40,044 nt of DNA, from positions 1 to 40,044 of the forward strand of contig DAIDJJ010000005.1 of NCBI GenBank assembly GCA_027451385.1, read 5' to 3'. Each line of letters opens with the position of its first letter. The stretch's first letter is position 1. The translations under genes were made by a program, and so were the position numbers. The notes below the pieces were generated by a model. It was given only the letters and a program-made list of their open reading frames with translations. It was not told the DNA's origin and did not search any database. This document shows, piece after piece, positions 9,492-19,487 of the stretch. Source of the DNA: Spirochaetales bacterium. Lineage in GTDB: Bacteria > Spirochaetota > Spirochaetia > JABEVK01.

Positions 9492-11117
9492 CTATTCCAT
9501 CATGGCAACTGGTTCGGGCTTGCCTCCCGGAGCGTGAGCAACCCGCTTTTTGATCTTCAATAAAGCGACAGGAATGGCCAACAGGGCAATGAGCACGGTT
9601 ACCAGCCAGAAAGCATCGTTGATCGAGTCAATAAAAGACTGCCCCCCGGCATGAGAGATGATAGAAGTTTGTGCCAGCGTCATTGACTGTGCCATCGTGG
9701 TTCCTGAGTTCTGCTGAATGGCCGAGGCCAAAGGTCCTACCGCTGAACGAAAAGCCGGCGACCAGGCATTCATGTTTTCACCAATAATAGCTTGGTGAAA
9801 AATTTGCCGGGTGTTGGTGATCGTTCCTACCACGGCTACCCCAAACGCTGCGCCGATCTGCCGGGATAAGGCGATCATACTAGAGCCCTGGGCAATCTTA
9901 TCATGTGCTAAGGTGCTGACAGAGACCGCCTGAATGGTAATGAACAACATCCCGAAGCCCAGACCGCGAAGGACAATGGGCAACATGATGACCCATTCCG
10001 GCGGGTTAAACGAAAGCAAAGTATTGAAAAGAAAACTGATGGCTACGGCAAAGATTCCTATCAAGGCGGGAATTTTAGGGTTAATTTTTGTGGACATCAC
10101 CCCTGTAATGGGCGAAATAATGCCCTGGATCAATCCTAACGGCAAAAAGATTATTCCCGCCTGAAGAGCGGTATACCCCAAACTTCCCTGCAAATACACG
10201 GGAAATAAGAACGATGACCCCATTAAAACCATACCGATCAAAAAAATCAGCAAGTTAGATAGTCCAAAATTCCGTTCGGCCAGCAAACGCAAGTTCAACA
10301 TCGGGTGTTCAACCCTGAATTCCACCAAAAGAAAGAGAATCAAACTGATCGCAGAAATCCCAAAGCAAGTGATGATAAACGGTGAAGTCCAACCTCCCGT
10401 GTTCCAGGCGGCATTCCCATCAGCTAAGCCTAACAGAAAGCTGATCAAGAAAATGGCGCTAGTCAAAAAGCCCCAAAAGTCGAAATCGCCCACTTTGGGG
10501 TTGCGGTACTCCCTCTGAATTAACACTGTCGCGAGCATAGCCAAAATCCCAAAGGGCACGTTGATCAAAAAGATACTTTGCCAACCAAAATTATCCGTGA
10601 GGAGCCCTCCCAAGCTGGGACCAATCGATAGCGAAGCCGCTGCAGCAATACCATAGAAGCCCAAAGCTGTGCCTCGCTCTTTGGGCGGGAACTCTCGCAG
10701 TACAATGGCCATTCCCACCGGTTGCAACATGCCGCCACCCGCAGATTGAATAACTCGAAACACGATGAGTATGCCTTCATTCCACGCCAAAGAGCACAAA
10801 AACGAACCCGTGGTAAACAGGGCCAAAGCCAAAAAGAAGATTCTCTTGTACCCAATTTTATCTGCCAACCATCCAGAAAGAGGGAGGACCACGGCAAAGG
10901 TCAAGTTAAATGCCGTGAGCACCCACTCAATGATATCCAAGCTCGTTCCAAAGGAAGCCTGCATCTTGGGGAGTGCCGTATTGACAACTGTGGACTCAAT
11001 AACGGCCATAAAGGTCGAGATGAGTACGTTGCCCAACACCCACCAGCGATACGAGGGGTGTTCGTGATGAAAGGCGGGAACTTTACCAATGGCTTTATGT
11101 CGAAGAGAATGGGCCAT
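9492..11117 (-). CDS. emrB: DHA2-family MFS efflux permease (EmrB/QacA-like)
   Basis: FMAVIESTVVNTALP, GWLADKIG, FRVIQ..GGG, GP.LGG.L, W..IFLINVPFG. Confidence 0.9.
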   Translation of the reverse strand: MAHSLRHKAIGKVPAFHHEHPSYRWWVLGNVLISTFMAVIESTVVNTALPKMQASFGTSLDIIEWVLTAFNLTFAVVLPLSGWLADKIGYKRIFFLALALFTTGSFLCSLAWNEGILIVFRVIQSAGGGMLQPVGMAIVLREFPPKERGTALGFYGIAAAASLSIGPSLGGLLTDNFGWQSIFLINVPFGILAMLATVLIQREYRNPKVGDFDFWGFLTSAIFLISFLLGLADGNAAWNTGGWTSPFIITCFGISAISLILFLLVEFRVEHPMLNLRLLAERNFGLSNLLIFLIGMVLMGSSFLFPVYLQGSLGYTALQAGIIFLPLGLIQGIISPITGVMSTKINPKIPALIGIFAVAISFLFNTLLSFNPPEWVIMLPIVLRGLGFGMLFITIQAVSVSTLAHDKIAQGSSMIALSRQIGAAFGVAVVGTITNTRQIFHQAIIGENMNAWSPAFRSAVGPLASAIQQNSGTTMAQSMTLAQTSIISHAGGQSFIDSINDAFWLVTVLIALLAIPVALLKIKKRVAHAPGGKPEPVAMME

Positions 11118-11128
11118 ACGGGTGTCCT

Positions 11129-12070
11129 TTAGGGTTTAACTTCCACGACAGCAGACATCCCAGGGTAAAGCGGGTCTGTCTTGGTGTTATGAAGGTCAGT
11201 GGTTTCATCAATCGAAATCTTAACGGGGATACGCTGGGTGACCTTGGTGAAGTTCCCTGCAGCATTATTGACGGGAATCAACGAGAATTGGTTACCGGTA
11301 CTGTCGCCGATTTCATAGACCTTTCCGTGCCAGGTGATCCCTGGGTAGGCGTCAATATGAATATCCACAGGATCACCGATTTTAATCTTGGCGATTTTCG
11401 TTTCTTCCAAGTTAGCCGTCACCCAGGCATAACGGCTGTTGTACACCGTCAACACCGGCTGACCGGGTTGGAGTAGGTCCCCAGAATGCAACCATTTTTT
11501 GGCAATCACCGCGTCAAACGGAGACGTCATGGTAGCCGAAGCGAGCATCGAGTTGATGTAATCGAGCTGACCTTGTGCCACTTCAATGCGCTTTTGCGCG
11601 AGGGTGGCGTTGATTTGCGCGTTATCATAGGCCGTCTGAGCATGCTCAAAGGCCTGTGTGGAAATAATTTGATGTTGATACTGACGAGTGGCCCGATCAA
11701 AGTCTGACTTGGCGCGGTCAAAGTCGATTTTGGCCATCAAAGCACTTTCTTTGGCAATGACCACGTTGGCTTCCGCCTGAGTCTTTTGAGCTTGAAGATC
11801 TGTGGCGTCCAGCTTCACTAAGACAGTTCCTGCGGGAACCAAGTCGCCTTCCTTGACGTAAATCTTCAGGATGTGCGCCATGATTTTTGAACTCACCGTG
11901 ACTTTATCCCGATCTACAGCGGCATTATCGGTGGAAACCGTGGGGTTTAAGGCAATCCACGCCGTGAGACCGCCGCCAACCACGATAATGGCAGTAATCA
12001 GCGCGAGAAATCTCGCGTTGCTCTTTTTGTGCACGGGAGCGGGGGCTCCCTGTGTTTCTTTATTTTCCAT
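11129..12070 (-). CDS. emrA: HlyD/EmrA-family membrane fusion protein
   Basis: Single TM, STDNA, ANLEET, FSLIP..NAAGNFTKVTQRIPVKI, PGMS. Confidence 0.9.
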   Translation of the reverse strand: MENKETQGAPAPVHKKSNARFLALITAIIVVGGGLTAWIALNPTVSTDNAAVDRDKVTVSSKIMAHILKIYVKEGDLVPAGTVLVKLDATDLQAQKTQAEANVVIAKESALMAKIDFDRAKSDFDRATRQYQHQIISTQAFEHAQTAYDNAQINATLAQKRIEVAQGQLDYINSMLASATMTSPFDAVIAKKWLHSGDLLQPGQPVLTVYNSRYAWVTANLEETKIAKIKIGDPVDIHIDAYPGITWHGKVYEIGDSTGNQFSLIPVNNAAGNFTKVTQRIPVKISIDETTDLHNTKTDPLYPGMSAVVEVKP

Positions 12071-13415
12071 AGATTTCCTCTCTTGTGCTGTTTAATGCGG
12101 TTTCTAGATCCAGTAAGGCGGTAATGTAGCTATCCTTCTCATTCAAAAGGTTGAGCTGAGCCGTTTCGTACTGCAATTCAGCGTCCTGTACTTCCAAAAA
12201 GCTTTTGGCACCAGTCTTGTACGCTTCATCGGTAAGCTGGTACGCCTTTTGCGCCACAGCGACATTCGCTTCTTGACTACTCAGAGCAACCACGGCTGTG
12301 TTCAGGCGAGCGACATCCGTGACCACTTGCGAGCGAGCCGTTTGTTCCAGTTCTGCCAACTGCAACTTGGCGGCTTTTACAGCGTCAGAGGCATCCTGGC
12401 GCTGATTGTCCGCCTGTGAGGTCGGAATCAACGCATCTAATTGCCAATTCAGCAAGACCGTAAAGCTACCCGTCTGTTGAAGCCAACTCGACCCTTGGTC
12501 CCATTTCGAATAAAAATATCCGTTCAGGGTCGGGTCTGCGCTATAAGATAGGATGAGCGAAGGCCATAAAGAACCGTTGGCGATATTGCGATAACCGTCA
12601 GCCGCTTTAACATGGCCTTCGGCCGCCTGAAGGTCCCACCTTCGGTCAATAAACTTATCTGCCAGCGTCTGAGCATTCAGCGTTGGTAAGTTCGACGGTA
12701 CATCCAAAGTCCCCGAAAGTTTGAGCTTGGGGTCGCTGTCTCGTCCCAAGAGGTTTTCGAACGCAAACAAAACTTGCTGATAATTGACTTGAAGGTTATC
12801 TAGTGCCGGCTTTCTGTTTTCGTAGGCAACTTGCGATTGCAACATGGTCAGTTCAGGGGCTAGTCCCGCGTTGTAGTTGACTTGTGCCTGGCGATACCGT
12901 TCCTTGGCGTTGGCCAAGTCCGCTTCGGTCACTTTTATCGTTTCTTGTAGTACCAATAACTGATAAAAAAGTTTTTTAACTTCGGTCGACAAGTTCTGCC
13001 TTGCTTCTGCCAGAGAGATTTTCGCGTTGTTGTAATCGATGAGCGTTTGGTCAACCGCTGAGAACATGGCGGGAGACAAGGCCAATTGAGCCTTGAAACT
13101 GGTAAGGATGTTATCGTTCGTCGGCACGAGCCAAAGTAACTGAGGCGGAGATGTGGGAATTATCCCTATGGGACGTTCGCTAGCCGTCACATCATTCAGC
13201 CGCATATACCCCCCGCTCACCGAAACCGACGGGTAGAACTTATTCCAGGCCAAATCGTGGTCTCGTTTTTTAATTTGCGTCGCAACATCCGCCGCTTTTA
13301 ACCCGAGGTTGTTGTTCAAAGCCTCTTCAACAGCTTGATGGACGGTGAGTGGAGCTTCTGCCCAGGCAAACAACCCCGTGACAAGAAACAAAGCGGTGAA
13401 AAGCAGTTTGGTCAT
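12060..13415 (-). CDS. TolC-family outer membrane efflux protein
   Basis: Signal peptide, AL.NN..L, helical repeats with Y..G; lies in an operon with emrAB. Confidence 0.85.
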   Translation of the reverse strand: MTKLLFTALFLVTGLFAWAEAPLTVHQAVEEALNNNLGLKAADVATQIKKRDHDLAWNKFYPSVSVSGGYMRLNDVTASERPIGIIPTSPPQLLWLVPTNDNILTSFKAQLALSPAMFSAVDQTLIDYNNAKISLAEARQNLSTEVKKLFYQLLVLQETIKVTEADLANAKERYRQAQVNYNAGLAPELTMLQSQVAYENRKPALDNLQVNYQQVLFAFENLLGRDSDPKLKLSGTLDVPSNLPTLNAQTLADKFIDRRWDLQAAEGHVKAADGYRNIANGSLWPSLILSYSADPTLNGYFYSKWDQGSSWLQQTGSFTVLLNWQLDALIPTSQADNQRQDASDAVKAAKLQLAELEQTARSQVVTDVARLNTAVVALSSQEANVAVAQKAYQLTDEAYKTGAKSFLEVQDAELQYETAQLNLLNEKDSYITALLDLETALNSTREEIYGK

Positions 13416-14068
13416 ACGTGTTCCTTCCCCGACCCCGCAGAGACGGCATCGGGCTGACTAACAAAACATTCATAAGGTTGAAAAAACGCCTTGAGTGTGG
13501 CTTCTAAGTACCGGCGATTTTCTTCGAGTTCGCCAGGATAGGTGCGAACCAGAAACTTCACGAGGGATACCAAGCTGGTCGCAAAGCGGTACTCAGGAAA
13601 GGTCAGAAGTTCGCGAAGATGGGGAACTTGAACGGCGAGTCGTTGCAATATTCCTTCGACATGATCGATCACCATCCGGCGGGAGTCTTTTTGCAGTTCC
13701 CGATGAAGGGCCAGGGCATCTTCCCGAGACAAGCTGGTCGACACTTCCGCCATAAAATCTTCCCATAAGCCCGAAAGCTTATCGAAGGTTTCGAGAAGAT
13801 TCGTCAAAAGAAGGCGAAGAACCTCCAAGGGCTCGGAATCAGGACGAACTTTTTCCTTCAAGTTTTTTTGAAACGACTCTAACCCCAGTTTTCTTCCAGC
13901 CAGAAAAAGGTCTTTTTTTGTGCGGAAGTAATTATAGAGATTCCCGACACTGGTTCCGGCTTCGACCGCCACCTGCTTCATACTGACAGCCAGGTAACCA
14001 TTTTTTAGGAAGAGTTGGTGGGCAGCTTCTAAGATCTTGGCTTCAAGATCAGGGATTTTCTTTGGCAT
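13412..14068 (-). CDS. TetR/AcrR-family transcriptional regulator
   Basis: ILEAA..LF...GY...SM..VA..AG.S.GNLYNYF.TK..LF helix-turn-helix. Confidence 0.92.
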   Translation of the reverse strand: MPKKIPDLEAKILEAAHQLFLKNGYLAVSMKQVAVEAGTSVGNLYNYFRTKKDLFLAGRKLGLESFQKNLKEKVRPDSEPLEVLRLLLTNLLETFDKLSGLWEDFMAEVSTSLSREDALALHRELQKDSRRMVIDHVEGILQRLAVQVPHLRELLTFPEYRFATSLVSLVKFLVRTYPGELEENRRYLEATLKAFFQPYECFVSQPDAVSAGSGKEHV

Positions 14069-14073
14069 TTTTC

Positions 14074-14130
14074 TGAACCTACGTTCATTGAACGTGAGTT
14101 CAATATAATAATCTGGTTATTGACCGTCAA
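14074..14130 (-). promoter_or_regulatory. Sigma70 promoter of the tetR-tolC-emrAB operon with a tandem operator
   Basis: Minus strand TTGACG(14130-14125)-N17-TATATT(14107-14102); two TGAAC-N4-GTTCA palindromes at 14074-14087 and 14089-14102. Confidence 0.75.
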
Positions 14131-14220
14131 GGGCCTTTATTGTCCAGAATTTGACAATTCTTCGTCGTAGTCATTTCCTGAGAAGCCAGCTATACTTAAC
14201 TTATTGACGAGGAGAGAAGT

Positions 14221-15681
14221 ATGCAAAAAAATGCCGATATCGGCCTGATCGGACTGGCCGTCATGGGACAAAACCTTGTCCTGAATATGTGTGATCATGG
14301 TTATACCGTCGCGGTATTCAATCGAACAGTCAGCAAGGTGGATGAATTTCTCAATGACGCCGGAAAAGGCCGCTCGGAACTCATTGGCGCCCATTCCATG
14401 GAAGAGTTTATGGCTGCCCTCAAGCGACCCCGCAAAGTCATGCTGATGGTAAAAGCCGGAGAAGTCGTAGACCAGTTTATTGAGTTGGTCCTTCCCTTCC
14501 TGGAAAAAGGCGACATCCTCATCGATGGTGGCAACAGCCACTTCCCCGATACAAACCGTAGAGCAAAAGCCCTTGCTGAAAAAGGAATCCTCTTTGTGGG
14601 AACAGGCGTTTCAGGTGGTGAAGAAGGTGCCCGCAATGGCCCTAGCTTAATGCCAGGCGGAAACCCCGAAGCTTGGCCGCACGTCAAGCCTATATTTCAG
14701 GCGATTGCCGCTAAAACTGACCAAGGGGAACCTTGTTGTGATTGGGTAGGGGAAACCGGTGCCGGTCACTACGTGAAAATGGTTCATAACGGCATTGAAT
14801 ACGGCGATATGCAGCTGATCGCCGAAGCCTACCACCTGATGAAGTCGTACTTAGGTCTTTCACACCAAGAAATGCGCCAGACCTTTCTCGAATGGAACAA
14901 AGGGGAGTTGGACAGCTACCTTATCGAAATCGCCGCCAACATCTTCGGTTACCAAGACACCGACGGTTCTCCCTTGTTAGAAAAGATTCTGGATGCCGCT
15001 GGTCAAAAGGGTACCGGTAAGTGGACCTCTGTGGACGCCCTCGATATGGGGGTACCTGTTACTTTGATCGCCGAAGCTGTTTTTGCCCGCGCCCTGTCGG
15101 CCCTAAAGGAAGAAAGAGTCCATGCGGAGAAGGTTTTGGCACTACCTCCCCTCCCCGCGTTCTCGGGCGATAAAAAGGCCTTTTTGAATGACTTAAAAGA
15201 AGCCCTTTTAGCTTCAAAACTCGTATCATACGCCCAAGGCTTTATGCTCATGCGAGAAGCCGCCAAAGAATACGGCTGGAAGCTGAATTATGGTTCTGTC
15301 GCTCTGATGTGGCGCGGTGGTTGTATCATCCGCAGTGTTTTCTTAGGAAAAATCAAAGAAGCGTTTGATAAAAACCCTCAGCTCAATAGCCTTGTTCTGG
15401 ACGACTACTTCAAAGCCATTCTGGTTCGTGCTCAGGGAGCTTGGCGCCGGGTGATTGCCGCTTCCGTCACGGCCGGAATCCCCCTTCCCGCCATGAGTAC
15501 AGCCCTCGCTTTTTTTGACGGTTACCGTACTGGACGTCTTCCGGCCAACATGTTGCAAGCCTTGCGGGATTATTTTGGGGCTCATACCTATGAGCGCACC
15601 GACAAACCCCGAGGACAATTCTTCCATACCAATTGGACAGGAACTGGTGGAAATGTCAGCTCGTCGACATATAATGCTTAA
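14221..15681 (+). CDS. gnd: 6-phosphogluconate dehydrogenase, decarboxylating (NADP+)
   Basis: [47 protein letters not shown]. Confidence 0.97.
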   Translation: MQKNADIGLIGLAVMGQNLVLNMCDHGYTVAVFNRTVSKVDEFLNDAGKGRSELIGAHSMEEFMAALKRPRKVMLMVKAGEVVDQFIELVLPFLEKGDILIDGGNSHFPDTNRRAKALAEKGILFVGTGVSGGEEGARNGPSLMPGGNPEAWPHVKPIFQAIAAKTDQGEPCCDWVGETGAGHYVKMVHNGIEYGDMQLIAEAYHLMKSYLGLSHQEMRQTFLEWNKGELDSYLIEIAANIFGYQDTDGSPLLEKILDAAGQKGTGKWTSVDALDMGVPVTLIAEAVFARALSALKEERVHAEKVLALPPLPAFSGDKKAFLNDLKEALLASKLVSYAQGFMLMREAAKEYGWKLNYGSVALMWRGGCIIRSVFLGKIKEAFDKNPQLNSLVLDDYFKAILVRAQGAWRRVIAASVTAGIPLPAMSTALAFFDGYRTGRLPANMLQALRDYFGAHTYERTDKPRGQFFHTNWTGTGGNVSSSTYNA

Positions 15682-15724
15682 GAAGACGTTCTACGTTTAA
15701 GAACGTAACAGCAAAGGAGGCGAC

Positions 15725-16612
15725 ATGTCCCAAAACGATGTGCCCAAAAAAGACTACGAAAAACAACTTGAGGTTTACAACACGGAACTTGTGAAGTTCC
15801 AAGAATGGGTAAAAGCCAAAAAGTTAAAAGTCTTGGTCATCTTTGAAGGACGTGACGCCGCCGGCAAAGGCGGTACCATCAAAGCGTTAACCGCGCCGCT
15901 CAATCCGCGCTCTGTACGTGTGACGGCTTTGCCGGCCCCTACCGAACGAGAACAAACCCAATGGTACTTTCAACGCTACGTCGCTCACCTCCCCGCCGGC
16001 GGAGAAATCGTGGTCTTTGACCGCAGTTGGTACAATCGCGCTGGTGTGGAGCGGGTCATGGGCTTTTGTACCGACGAAGAGTACCACGAGTTTGCTCGTT
16101 CTGTGCCTGAATTCGAACGAATGTTAGTGCGTTCAGGTATATTGCTTTTAAAATATTGGCTGTCGGTAAGTGACGAAGAGCAAGAGAAACGATTCCAAGA
16201 ACGTTTGGATGACCCTGCTAAACGCTGGAAGCTCAGCCCGATGGACTTGAGTGCCCGATCGCGCTGGGTGGATTATTCTAAGGCAAAGGATGCCATGCTC
16301 ACCTTTAGTCACATTCCGGAAGCGCCTTGGTACGAAGTCTCCAGCGACCTCAAACGAGCCGCCCACCTCAATGTGATTCATCACTTTTTAAGCCAAATCC
16401 CCTACCAAGATTTGACCCCCGAAAAACTCAAATTACCCAAACGTCAGGACGCCAAAGACTATGTCCGGCCCCCGCTATCTAGCTTGAACTTTATTCCCCA
16501 GCCTTGGCCTCGAACAGAATCCGTTCAGCCCGAAGAACCAAAAGCCACGGAATCCAGCACAAGTTCTGCGAAGACTGGATCAAAGAGTCAAAAAAAACAT
16601 AAGAAATCGTAA
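15725..16612 (+). CDS. ppk2: Polyphosphate kinase 2
   Basis: FEGRDAAGKGG, QWYFQRY, FDRSWYNRAGVERVMGFC, WKLSPMD. Confidence 0.95.
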   Translation: MSQNDVPKKDYEKQLEVYNTELVKFQEWVKAKKLKVLVIFEGRDAAGKGGTIKALTAPLNPRSVRVTALPAPTEREQTQWYFQRYVAHLPAGGEIVVFDRSWYNRAGVERVMGFCTDEEYHEFARSVPEFERMLVRSGILLLKYWLSVSDEEQEKRFQERLDDPAKRWKLSPMDLSARSRWVDYSKAKDAMLTFSHIPEAPWYEVSSDLKRAAHLNVIHHFLSQIPYQDLTPEKLKLPKRQDAKDYVRPPLSSLNFIPQPWPRTESVQPEEPKATESSTSSAKTGSKSQKKHKKS

Positions 16613-16643
16613 GGCAAGCCGAGTTATCTCGACCCGCCTTAGT

Positions 16644-16683
16644 TTCGGGTTACAGCGTGACGCTTCGGGTTACAGCGTGACGC
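16644..16683. repeat. Exact 20-bp tandem duplication overlapping the nirB stop codon
   Basis: ttcgggttacagcgtgacgc at 16644-16663 and 16664-16683. Confidence 0.95.
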
Positions 16684-19417
16684 TGATTTTCCCGTTGTTC
16701 ACTTCAACCGGCCAAACTTTCAAGTTACGTACTTCGGCATTGCCACAAGACCCTGTTTTGGCATCAAAGACAAAGGAATGCAGGGGACAAGTCAGCTTAC
16801 CGCTAATAAACTGACAGTCCACCATGGGGCCGCCCCGATGGGGACAACGGCTTTCCCCCGCCGCCCACCGGCCGTCACGACCATGAAAGACGACGATGTC
16901 CCCCCAGGGTGTCGCAAATAAACGGTTTTCCCCTTCAGGAACTTCATCGATCGTACCCAATTCGATCTTACGATCCGGCGGCAATACGGTGTCCCCTTGC
17001 AAGGTAACCTTGTCCCAATCTTTTTGAGACGAAGGATCGCTGTTGTCACGGCGAATCGTGTCATGCAGGTCAATCCCGCCTTTCCAAGGGTCTTTCACGT
17101 TCGACAAGGCGAGGGCTAAATCGTCTTCGAGCTTTTTCAAGTTCGCTTCTGTGTCAAATAAGATGCCGTCCATGACCTTTTCTAAGCCGACTCGTTCCAC
17201 AAAGAGGGCTGAGCGTTCACCATAACGACCATTCTTGCGGTAAAACTCATAGAAACGATCTGCAATGCGAACCACTTCGTCCTCTGTTTTGACTCTGGCG
17301 ATTTTCTGGGCTGCCACGACTTTTGCCCCGCCGTTTCCCCCGATATAAATGTCCCAGCCGCCGTCCACGGCCACAACGCCCAAGTCTTTTATCGTGGCTT
17401 CTGAACAGTTACGAGGACAGCCAGAAACGCCCATTTTCACCTTGGCGGGCCCCGTTAAGCCACGGTATCGATCGGAAAGGCGTGCTCCCAGGGAGAGGGC
17501 ATCCGCCAGACCAAACCGGCAATAGGTCGACCCCACACAAGCTTTTGCGGCCCGAAAGGATTTACTGTAGGCATGGCCGGCCTTCATCGCCAGCTTATCC
17601 CACACCTTTTGCAAATCCTCTTTACGAATAGAATAGATGCCAATCCGGTCGGCACCGGTCACCTTGATTTTCGCTTGGTACTCGTCCGCGACTTCGGCGA
17701 GGGCCCTTAATTCGGACGGCTCGATCATGCCCGCCGAAATGTGCGGAATCACTGAAAAACGTCCGTCCTTTTGAATGTTACCGCCATAGCGGTCGTTGGC
17801 ACTTTGTCCATCGCGCTCTACCTCATAAGCGCCCTTCCAGAGGTAACTCAACAGGTAATCTAGTCCCAAGCGCGTTTTCGGGTCATCGACAGCTCCAGGG
17901 GTTTTTCGTAGCACTGCCGAAACCGACTTCAAGGAGTTTTCGAGGATAAATGCGGACAAAGCTTCACGGTCCAAAGGAATCCCGGGGACATACCACTGGT
18001 CCGAAGGATCTTCTTTGAGTTCCCCTAAAGCTCCAATCAAAACAGCTTTGATCTTATTCTTACATTGACCGCAACCCGTGCCGGCCTTGGTCGCATTCAT
18101 CAGCTTGGTTAAGGTATCGTTGCCCTGGGCAATCGCTGTTCTCAGTGTCCCCGCCGAGACCCCTACGCAGTCGCAGACCCGTAAGTCATCCGGCCAGCCG
18201 GAGGCATCCATGACCTGTTCACCGGCTTTGGCACCGGGAAACAGAAGGTCGGCACGTCGGTCCGGCAGAGGAATCTTCGCAGTGTAGTGCAAACTCACGG
18301 CGTCGGCGTTGAGGTCTTCACCGATCAAAGTTGCGCCCACTAATTTCTCTTTTCGGGAAATCAGGCGCTTGTAGACCAAGGCTTTAGGATCCTGAAACAA
18401 CACCACCTCATCCTCTTCGGCGGGGTTAAGAACCCCCATGGAGATGACGGGAATATCACTTTTCAGACGTGTGGGGGGTAAATCCGAGGGAACATAAGCC
18501 GCTGGTTCACCGGCCAGCACCGAAGCCAAAACTCTGGCCTGTTCATAGACGGGAGCCACCAGACCCCAGGTTTTTCCTTCAAACTCTAAACACTCCCCTA
18601 CGGCATAGACGTCCGGATCGTTGGTCTGCAACTGAGCGTTCACCACGATCCCTTTGTTGGTCGTTAAATCCGAAGCTTTGGCCAAAATCGTATCGGGACG
18701 TACCCCTGTCGAAAAAAGCACCGCCTCGGTTTCAACCCGCTGTCCGTCTTTAAAAACAGCTTCGTGGACCCCTTCGGTAGACCCTAAGAGCTCGGTGATG
18801 TAGGTACCCACCACAAAGCGCATGCCTTTTTGTTCCAGGGTTTTCTGAAGGTACCCAGCCGCTTCGGGGGCCAGTTGAGTTTCCATCAGGGATTTCATGA
18901 GGTGTGAAACGGTAACACGTTTGCCCAAGGATTTGAGGATCAAAGCCAGCTCTAGGCCTAACAGCCCTCCGCCGACTACCATCACTTCGGTTTTGCCTTT
19001 TAGCCACGCGGTGACGCGTGCCACGTCGTCGAGGTTTCGCAACACCCCCACTCCGCCCAAATCTAAACCTGGTATTTGAGGAACAAACGGCCGACTGCCC
19101 GTGGCAATCACACAAACGTCATAAGGCAGGCGTTTTCCATCTGACAACAGAACTTCATGGCGTTCCCGGTCCACCCGTTCAGCACGAACACCCAACAGGG
19201 TGGTCACCCCATGGTTCTGGTACCAGGTTTCATCGTTGAGGAAAAACTCCTCAACATCGTCACGCAACAATTTATATAAGAGTTTAATCCGGTTATAGTT
19301 CCCCACCGGTTCATCGCCAACGACGGTGAGGTCCCAGTCGGTTGTCCGAGCTAGGACCTCTTCTACTAATTTACCGCCGGCCATACCAGAACCAATAATG
19401 ACAAGCCTTTTCTTCAT
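16670..19417 (-). CDS. nirB: NAD(P)H nitrite reductase large subunit fused to a C-terminal Rieske (NirD-like) domain
   Basis: GSGMAG, ATGS, GGGLLGLE; BFD-like CDC...GTGCGQC; NIQKDG; siroheme/4Fe-4S ligands C.G...C and GCPRNC; Rieske CPH...CPLH. Confidence 0.92.
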   Translation of the reverse strand: MKKRLVIIGSGMAGGKLVEEVLARTTDWDLTVVGDEPVGNYNRIKLLYKLLRDDVEEFFLNDETWYQNHGVTTLLGVRAERVDRERHEVLLSDGKRLPYDVCVIATGSRPFVPQIPGLDLGGVGVLRNLDDVARVTAWLKGKTEVMVVGGGLLGLELALILKSLGKRVTVSHLMKSLMETQLAPEAAGYLQKTLEQKGMRFVVGTYITELLGSTEGVHEAVFKDGQRVETEAVLFSTGVRPDTILAKASDLTTNKGIVVNAQLQTNDPDVYAVGECLEFEGKTWGLVAPVYEQARVLASVLAGEPAAYVPSDLPPTRLKSDIPVISMGVLNPAEEDEVVLFQDPKALVYKRLISRKEKLVGATLIGEDLNADAVSLHYTAKIPLPDRRADLLFPGAKAGEQVMDASGWPDDLRVCDCVGVSAGTLRTAIAQGNDTLTKLMNATKAGTGCGQCKNKIKAVLIGALGELKEDPSDQWYVPGIPLDREALSAFILENSLKSVSAVLRKTPGAVDDPKTRLGLDYLLSYLWKGAYEVERDGQSANDRYGGNIQKDGRFSVIPHISAGMIEPSELRALAEVADEYQAKIKVTGADRIGIYSIRKEDLQKVWDKLAMKAGHAYSKSFRAAKACVGSTYCRFGLADALSLGARLSDRYRGLTGPAKVKMGVSGCPRNCSEATIKDLGVVAVDGGWDIYIGGNGGAKVVAAQKIARVKTEDEVVRIADRFYEFYRKNGRYGERSALFVERVGLEKVMDGILFDTEANLKKLEDDLALALSNVKDPWKGGIDLHDTIRRDNSDPSSQKDWDKVTLQGDTVLPPDRKIELGTIDEVPEGENRLFATPWGDIVVFHGRDGRWAAGESRCPHRGGPMVDCQFISGKLTCPLHSFVFDAKTGSCGNAEVRNLKVWPVEVNNGKISVTL

Positions 19418-19487
19418 GGCAACCTCGTATCGTTCAGGCTAAACCACTCGAAAAGACTTGGCAACTACTATTATCTACTTAGTCAGG

